A stretch of DNA of 64,000 bases from Entomortierella parvispora E1425. Lineage: Eukaryota; Fungi; Mortierellomycota. A program made the translations under genes and the position numbers. How positions within the stretch are numbered: the stretch's first letter is position 1; each line of letters opens with the position of its first letter. Of the stretch, positions 55,782 through 64,000 are shown piece after piece. The notes beneath the pieces are model-generated. The model was not told where the DNA came from and searched no databases. It saw only the letters and a list, made by a program, of their open reading frames with translations. The stretch spans positions 434,001-498,000 of the forward strand of contig BQFW01000009.1 of assembly GCA_020891255.1 (NCBI GenBank). Direction: 5' to 3'.

Positions 55782-57450
55782 CTAGAAGAACTCAAGGTTG
55801 ACCGATCCCAAGGATGACTTCAGATCAATGGATCCGTGGCCGTTCTTGTTCTCCCCTTTGTTCTTCAGATGCTTGTTACCCTCCTTGGCACGAGCCGTCT
55901 GCTTTTCGTAGACAATCTCGCTCTCCGAAAAGGGGTTCTCGGAAACATGGGTGGATCCCAATTGAGTCGCGAGCGAGAAATGGCCCAAGAAGTTATCCGA
56001 CACCTGGGTCTTGACCGATCCAGTGTTGACCGAGGTGCGAAGGTAGAGCGCCTGATCGTTCTCAAGGGTAATCGTCTGCTGGACAGATCCGGTCTTGGAG
56101 GAGGTCGAGAGGTTAAGGTCGACCAAAGACGCATCCTTGGAAGACTTGCCGTCCGCGGGGCTGACATCCACCTTCACAGCACCGGTGCTGGATGCGATCT
56201 CCACGTGATGCTCCGAAGACGAGGTCAGGGACTTTGAGGAAACGGGGGTAGTCTTGACACCAAAGAAGACGTGACCGGTTGAAACTTTGACCTCAACATC
56301 CAAAGGTCCCTGAAGAACAGCACCAGACTGGACAGCAGCAACCTCCACCTTTCCAGTATTAACCCAGGCACGGAACTGATCAGCAAGGATCAAGCCTCGG
56401 GAAACAAAGTGGCCCACGGCCGACTTGACTTTGAACAATTCAAAAGACACATCCGAAAGCTCTTCTGAAGCATCGATGACAATAACGCCACCCTCAACAG
56501 TAACCGAGCCATACTCGGTAAAGGATTCGGGAACAATGATCTCAATCTCAAAACGGGCACAGGCCCTGTACCGACCATGGGAATGGTTGTCGTCCTCATC
56601 GACCCAGCGGTCCTCAAACCAAAGGAAAGCCTCAAACAAGTCCTCAGATTCAGAGATCTCGAGATGAACTCCCTGGACAACAATCTCAAACTCATCCTTC
56701 TTCTTGACATCCTCCTCACCCGTGGGGGTGACCAAGCCCGAAAGTTGAAGCGTGGGCTGCGAGACGTCGCCCTTGACAATCTTGACATGACTGCCCAAGT
56801 TACCCTTTCCAGTCTTCAACTTGAAGTTCTTGGCCGAGGTGGTGAAAGAGGAAGGACCTTCCCAATCAACCGCGTGGTCTTTGCAAACATCGTGATAGCC
56901 ATCCCCGAAAATGATATCTGGGTTGCTACTGCTATCATCGTCACCGACACTCACGCTGTCGCGAGTGTGTGGGAAGAAGCGAGGCTGGACGTAGTTGTGG
57001 TAGACCCAGATCAAGAGCAAGATTGCAAACAGCTTTTTGCAGAAGCGAGACTTTTTCTTGTTGCGACATTCATTCTTGCCTATGGTAGGAGAGAAGGGGA
57101 TTCATCAAGATGGGTAAGAATCCGACTCTTGCTAATGTTCCATGTTCCTACTGTGCGGAGAGGCTGTGTCACACATCAAACTTACATTTTCTACGACCCT
57201 CGACAGGTGCTGCTGAGTACATGGGCAGGTACCCGTTGTGTTGACCGGCCGCCTTCTCGTTTGTCATATCCACTCTGTACTCTTGAGCAGGGTAAGGGGG
57301 CAACATGGGCTCTTGAGGAGCCTGTGGTGGCTGTTGATAATGGCTATCGTGGTTGTGGTGACCGAGCAAAGGTCGACTCTCACCGTTGTGCACACAGCAG
57401 ATGGGTGGGAATTTGGAGACGCTGTGATTGCATCCGTTGTTAGTGGACAT
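55782..57450 (-). CDS. Membrane-anchored putative adhesin-domain (DUF4097-like beta-repeat) protein; two exons
   Basis: A Pro/Gln-rich exon 1 (ATG 57450) is spliced to KKKSRFCKKLFAILLLIWVY (TM), followed by recurring V.S..G.V/I beta motifs (SAVGHF, VNTGKV, SSTGAV, SKTGSV, VNTGSV, SSLGSV). Confidence 0.6.
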
Positions 57451-58240
57451 GATGTGTAAGAGGGGAGAAGTGAGAAACGATAATTCACAAGATGTAAAAG
57501 GAGAACAAGAGGGAGCAAAAGAGAAGTTTCGTGTAGAGAGAGAGAGAGAGAGAGAGACAAGGAAAATGAAGAAGGGGGAAATCTCAATTGCTCTCTTTGA
57601 ATTTATACAAATCTGGGCAAAGACTGCGGGTCTCGGCAAGTTTGTGCCAAGACCCATTCTTGAGGCTAAGTTTATTTGATCAGAATCTTCGCACGTTTTT
57701 TTGTACTCTCCTCTAGGCGGCGTCAGACCTTTCTCTGACATAATGATAAGTGTTGCTCGATGATCTCTCGATCGCCTGAGCCTGAGAAGCAAAGAGATTC
57801 CCTGGAAGACGTTAGATCTACGCGCTTCCACCTGGGGCATGTCAAGCCATCTTAAGGCACACTCTCACTTTTTTCACAACCTTCCATGAGGGCAGAAAGC
57901 CATTGATCGACAGAGCTGTAACACCAGACTGAGTCTTCTTTTGGGAATAAAGCGAGGCGGTTCAAAATGTCCAAGGACGCATGCGTAGGCGACGAACGCA
58001 AGGGGGAGGGCGATGCAGGTGAAGGCCAAGCAGGCGCAAACGCCAAAAAAAAATGCCAAGAACAGGACTGCCTTTTTTTTGAGGGACACCAATCGCATCC
58101 ATTTTGGGGAAGATGATTTTTCGACTGAGGCGGCGCGTTGTGGCGCCACCAAAGTCCATGCCGCGCCATTGTCGCGTGCAGTTGGAGATAACAAACATGC
58201 TAGAGGAGAGATTTATTGAAGAAGGGTAGCTTTCTCTAGA

Positions 58241-60084
58241 TTACGCAATCGCAAAGATCTTTTTGTTCAAACGGAAACGGATAAACAGCACAAAGAACGC
58301 AGCCACCATAGGCGAGAGACCCGCAAAGATGATAGCACCGATATACCTTCCACCTTGAGCTTTCATGATCGCCGTCGCAATGGGAGCTCCCAACAAGTTA
58401 CCGACAACGTTTCCAAAATAAAGAATACCCAAGGCGGCAGAGAGTCTTTCGACACCCACCACTTGGGCCACAACTACAGGGAAGATACTGATGAATCTAG
58501 TTTTAGAACAATCCAATTGAAGGGGGGGGGGGGGGGAAGTTAGCAGTTTTCGATAGCAAGCAACAACTCGTTTGGACCTTCTATCCTTCTCTCTTTTCTT
58601 ACCCTCCTCCAAAGACACCATAAAGGACCATGAACCCTGTCAGGATGGAGATCGTGGAAGAGACAGACCAGACAGCCAGACAAGACAATCCAGCCATGAA
58701 ACAGCACGTGAACAAGGTGTTTGTACGTCCCAAACGATCCGCAGCAACACCAAGTCCAATACGAGCAACAGCATTGATCCCAGAGTAGATACTGATCAAG
58801 TTGGCGCCAGTGGTAGATGTTTGATTCAGCTCTACATTGCTATAAGTAGGGACCAAGAACACAGGGACCATATAGCCTAGAGAGAGAGAAAGAGATAAAA
58901 ATGGAAGTTTTCGGTCGCGTTAACAAATCAATTGAAAAAAAGGGGGAATCGAGTTCCTTAAAAAAATTGCTCCACAAGCACGTCTTACCAAAGGTGACCA
59001 CAAAAGCGGTCATCATCAACCATCCGAATCCCTGGACTCTGAACAAACTGAAGTCAAAGATGGCACCCGTCTTGACCGTCTTGACTCTAGGCTTAATGAA
59101 TGCAAAGATGGCCAGGAGGAAACCCAGGATACAAAAGCCAATGATACGCTGACACCAATGGATGCCGACCTTTGTGAGCAAGAACCGCGTCAAGGGTGCC
59201 AGGGCCAGTCCACCAATGCCCGAACCAGAGACAGCGATACCATTTGCTAACCCACGTCTCTTTTCAAAGTACTGGGCCGTGACTGAGATGGAAGAGAAGA
59301 ACACAAGACCCCCTCCACAACCAAACATGAGCCCTTGGGTCAAATACAAGTGCCATAATTGAGAGGCGAAACTGGCCAGAATGAATCCCAAAGACGCCAC
59401 CGCGATACCGATCAAGACGACCGCCCTCAGACCCATAAACCGAGTCATGGGGGCCACAAAAGGACCAGGAATAAACATGGCAGCGGTGCCGATGGATCCG
59501 ACCCAAGAAAGCTGTGTGGCCAGTGCTCCATTAAATGAGCCAGCCTGAAGGAAATAATCTTGATAGACGCCAAAGGTAATGTTGCCTCCAAAGCACCAAA
59601 AATTAACAATGAACGAGGCCAAGACGACCAACCATCCAAACCCTCCTTCGGGATAATCCAAAATCTTTGCAACGTTCTCGTGAGGGCTGGCGGAGGATGG
59701 TTCCCCGACTTCAGTGACGGATCCAGAGATGGAGGAAAGTGATCCACCGTTGCGCTTGAGTTCAGAGGGCACGGTCATCGTTGCCACGCCGTCTTCTTCT
59801 TGATTCTCGGATTCAGAGATCGCTTCGAGTTTTTCGGAAATAGAGACGGGGCGAGAGCCCGCGCTCGTTGTCGAATGACGGCGAAGGTGGTGTGAGTGAT
59901 GGCGGGGGTGATGGGGGGTACTCTCTTCGTCTTCGAATTGAGCAGAGAGGGCTAAACTTGCAGAGGAAGGATTCTCGAATGACATGGCCAAGGTAGAGGT
60001 CTGAATCGTTGCTGCGGGTTCATAGTCATCTTGTTGGCCGTGGAAGGGTGTGTGTGAGACAGCGTGTGTGCTTGAGGGTGCCAT
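58241..60084 (-). CDS. MFS monocarboxylate-permease family (MCT/Mch-like) transporter, multi-exon
   Basis: PEGGFGWLVVLASF, FGVYQDYF, QYFEKRRGLANGIAVSGSGIG, GVAADRLGR and FYGVFGGG-like motif, with multiple hydrophobic segments. Confidence 0.9.
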
Positions 60085-61865
60085 TGCGCTGTGAGATCGT
60101 TCTCGGTAACGGCGAGGATGTCAGGCAGACGTGGGAGGAGGTTGGTGTTACAGGAGGCAACCGTGGTATGCAAGAGACAGCTGTGCTTGTGTGGGAAAGA
60201 GACTGCGCGGACTGGGGTATAGGTGGTAGGATGGAGATGGGAGGGGTATATTATGGAAACAAAAGCAAGAACAAAATGCTGGAGCAGATGCAAGTGAAAC
60301 GGAAGTGAGGTTGATAACAAAAGCAATAAAAGAGAAAAAGAGAACCAGAAACAAAAACGGCTGTGAGTGGCTCTTTTATAAGAAAAAAGGTGTGGGATGA
60401 GTAACGAACAGGCGACGAGAGAGTTGAAATTCGAACCGAGAACTAAGACGAACGATTAAAGGTGCGCTGTATGAACTCAAATGAGGAAGGCAAGTGGAGT
60501 GAGTGAGAGCAGGCACAGGGGTCCTTCTTTCTCCTCATCCTCACCTGTCCCCCTGCGCCCTTTGCAGTGCTTCTCGAAATACGATACAGAAGCTGTGAGA
60601 AAACGAAGCGGTCAACCACTCCCCTTCCAGCCCGCTCTGTTCGCCTTGTGTTTGTCGGTCGAGCACAAGTGGCAATGGCACCCTTCCGCAAGGAGAGGTT
60701 TTTTTGTGAAAAGGTTTGAAAGTTTTGCATCTTGTGCAAACCAAACAAGTTGAACCAATTGTCCACAACATCACATCTCCATCCTTGGCATCAAAAGGCG
60801 ATAGGAGTACACCTGATGACTCCAACTCATTCTTTTTTTGTGCACTGCGGTGAGCTGACTTCAAAAAAAAAGATCCAACGAAGATCACCAATAATTTCAT
60901 CATCTCCAGGTATCCCTGCTCCAACAGTCTTTGTAGCTGCATCCACCCCTGTTCTTCGTTGCAAAGCTGCGGCGTCAGCTTTCCTCACCCATGGATAAAT
61001 GCATTACCGTCTGGTGTTTACACACCCTGCTTTACTGGACACACAAAACAATTGATACAAGTTGGATAGAAGAATGTGATGGAAATGAATCGGAAAGTGT
61101 AGGCAAGTAACCAGAGAAGCATCAACATCAACAGAACAAAACACTTCCAAATGTACGTTCAAAGACGGGCACCAGAAAAAAAAATGGGGGAAAGGGGACA
61201 GGGTGAGACTTTGTCTGCTGGACGAAAACCTAATGAACGGGGAAAGAGGGCTTGCACAGAACTAAAGGGAATATCACCTTGACTTTCATAGCGTCCGGAT
61301 GAGACTTTTGCCGCGCGTACCAGTGAGTTGGACACCCCGCTTATCCTTTGCGGGGAAAATGCACGACATTGGAAAACATTCTCCTTCTCCCCTCCTCCAT
61401 TTCCGTCCCTTCCTCCTCTTTCTCTCAAATGTGAGCAAAAAGTACCTTGTTAGAGTCTGTCCCGTCGTGGCGAGGTGAAAGTTACGCCCAACGAGAGCGT
61501 CATGCGACATTTTTTTTGTTTTCATTGCACCAATGCACTGTTGACTAGCACCCAGGAAAAAAGAAATGTCGAAAAACCAATTCAATTCCTCGGGTCCAAA
61601 AGGCGGGCGAGTTAGGGCGAGGGTACACTGTGTAGATCCCCTAAAATAAGGTTGTTGGTTGAGCCTTGATCCGAACAAAGTTTGAGTTTGCCATTCGACC
61701 ACTGCAAACTAAGCCCCTTGAGGGACGATGGTCAACGGACCGCTGCAGGGCAGGACTTGCCAACTGTTACCCCAAGTTCTGTTCTTTTTGCTATCAGATT
61801 TATTTGTTACAATCATTGTGGATTCATGGTTGAAGCTCAGAGGCTGCGGAAGCTAGATCTTGCTC

Positions 61866-64000
61866 CTACTGGCGCTGCTGTCGGGCCGTCATCCGGCCAA
61901 TATCGTCCTTTCCAAGAACATCCATGTTTCTTGCGCGGGCTTTCACTCGAAGGTTGCGGTCATCTGTCACCAGGTAGACGCCTCCTTGCGTAGTGGATTG
62001 CAGAGAAGGCGACGATGATGACGATGGCGCAGTCGCCGCCGACTTCTTGTCCTGATGCCACAGGCACAATCCAAGAATAAAGTCGTCCACATTATGATTT
62101 CTCATAATTTCCTCGTCCTCGTCCTGATACATATCGTCCGTCTCTTCACCATCACCGCCTGAGGAGGTCTTTCGGCGATGCTGCTGATGCTGTCGTTGTT
62201 TCTCGTAATTGAATGACTCGACGCGGAAACTCAAGTCGTTCATGTAGTTGCCTCGACTAGTTTGAATCTTTAGTCGACGGGGCTTAGGGCGCATCGCCAG
62301 ACAAGTCTCAAGGTACGTCAATGCCGATGCCGCCGACGGTCCAAGAGGTGGGGGGTTGTTCTTGAGTCCATCCAGCTCGGTAATTACAGCCAATGGAACG
62401 ACGACTGTCCAGCGATCGGCATTCACCAATCTTTGGATCAGAGTCCAGTCTGCCACCAAACAGTTGGTGTCAATCACCAAAATCGAATTCTCGGGTACAG
62501 GTGCTCGATGGGAAATGTCCCCTCCATGCCTTCGATCCGTATAGGCCCTTTGGTGTGAACGACGTCCATTTCCATTGCTGGCACCACTGCTGAAGGCCGC
62601 AGGCCTAGGCTTGTACTCACGTTGCAACGAGCCAAGAGAGACTGTCATCCTTCCATTCGCGTTTGATTCGCTTAACAGCGACTTCAGCTGGTCTCGCTTG
62701 GATTTCAACTCCAAAATTTCAGACGTAGACATATGATCCCCATAGTCTAAACCGTCAGAAGAAAACAGCGCAGTCTCATCCTCCTCTTCCAGTCCAGAGC
62801 ACTCTTCTTGACTAAAACCAAACGACTTCTCGTCCGTCGAATAGTCGTCCAAAGCGACACCCAAAGTAGGGGGAAGATGAGATTTGTCGGCAAGAGACTC
62901 TTGGACTTGAGCTGCGTAATCTTCGTTGACCTTGAAGGCATTCTCACAAAAGTCAAACTCGATAACACTCATGTTCTATCGTAAGAGAGAAAAGAGAATA
63001 ATGAAGAGAGTTTGTTAATGTTTTGTCAAGACAACTGCGCAACACCTTGTCATAGAAGAAACAATAGACTGAAATCTTACCATCGCAGCAACAAGACTCA
63101 GCTCTACAATGCGTTTCGAAAGCTGCTCGATCTTGATGGAATCATGGGTCCACAGGCAGTCATCCTTGACTTCGTCATCTCCCAAGACAGGCTGCGACCC
63201 CTTGAACATTTGAGGTCCAAAGCGATCCATCGGAATCCAAGCCAAACCACGGAGCTCCCACTCGTGTCCTAGAGGCGGCGTTGAGAACCTGAATGTATTC
63301 GATGTGCCTTGCTTCGGCAGATGTGATCCTGAGGACTCGGGTCCAGATTCTGAGGCGATTTGGTCAGAGATCTCTTCAGAGAGGGCAGAAAGCATATCCG
63401 ACTGCTCAAAAGGCGACAACTGGTTCCAGTGCAGGTTCATGAACTCGGTCATCGTTGTCCAAAAGTTAGGGAGCGACTCTTGGTCAGCCATGAGAAGCCA
63501 ACTTTCCAACATATCGCTACCGCTGGAAGTCCCGAATGGTTTGCTTGCCATCCAAACCAAGACAACGTGGCAATATACGAGCCAGCCAAGCTGCTGCTCT
63601 GCTACAGCAGCTGACTGAGCCAGTTTCTTTTGGTTGTCCTCGGTCGAGCGCATGTAGTTGCGCATAGTTTGTTCCATCGTAGAGAGAAGAAGCTTGGAGG
63701 AATAAGGCAAAGTCGCCACAGAGTCCAAAAGATCGATAACAGGCCCGGTTCTTGTACTGGCTTTGGCCACCACAGATCCTGCCCAGTTGAATTCGTAAAG
63801 CGCAGCAATATTGATAACTGCCTGCATGAAGTAAAATCCATCCCATCGCTCTACAAGAGAAGTTGGCTCGAGTCCTTGATCCTGTGCAAACGTCTTTTCC
63901 TGCTGCGGGCGAGGGGAGTGGTTGCTTGTCTGAGGTCGGTGCTGTTGTCGCTGCAGTAAAGATCGAATTTGCTTTGAAAAGTTGCGGAGTCTCTTCTCAA
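61866..64000 (-). CDS. SMG6: EST1/SMG6-like protein with C-terminal PIN ribonuclease domain; 5' end lies beyond the window
   Basis: The frame is open to the window edge. Est1-type VINIAALYEF, intron 62976-63080, and PIN motifs LVIDTN, VITELDGLK, NVDDFIL and LVTDDRNLRVKA. Confidence 0.8.

Noticed and set aside
57874-58194. 106-aa hydrophobic ORF between the MFS and adhesin-like genes
   Set aside because: It has no known motif and probably lies in UTR or promoter sequence. The hydrophobicity comes from T-rich DNA.
1-64000. tRNA, rRNA or other structured ncRNA genes
   Set aside because: None was recognisable by eye. A tRNAscan-SE/Infernal run would be needed to exclude them.

Overview
Fungal genomic DNA with spliceosomal introns. 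The gene families (F-box/LRR, FAD monooxygenase, NACHT-pentapeptide-WD40) point to Mortierellaceae/Mucoromycota, which is an inference. The first 20.5 kb is an accessory region. A ~2.15-kb segment occurs twice (1640-3791 and 8906-20483), and each copy carries a small secreted 8-Cys protein whose mature part has diverged far more than its flanks. The two copies flank an FAD monooxygenase and an F-box gene. Copy 2 is interrupted by a complete DIRS-type tyrosine-recombinase retrotransposon (11070-20367) whose empty site survives in copy 1. The DIRS RT gene is in turn split by a young Ty3/Gypsy chromovirus (12863-17927; identical 111-bp LTRs, CTCGA target duplication). Removing the Gypsy in silico restores the DIRS pol ORF and a ~1280-codon recombinase frame that overlaps both gag and pol. 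A candidate -1 frameshift signal links DIRS gag to pol. The rest of the window holds: a polyQ-rich Fungal_trans factor, a Spo71-like PH protein, a head-to-head pair of glycosyltransferase-like genes, a HAD/2H RNA-repair-like protein, three tandem paralogs of an unrecognised small-protein family, a GCR1_C (Crypton-related) gene, an intronless NACHT-WD40 NLR-like gene, a putative adhesin-domain protein, an MFS transporter and the 3' part of an EST1/SMG6-like PIN nuclease. No rRNA, tRNA or CRISPR array was seen. All counts are by hand; no database searches were run.
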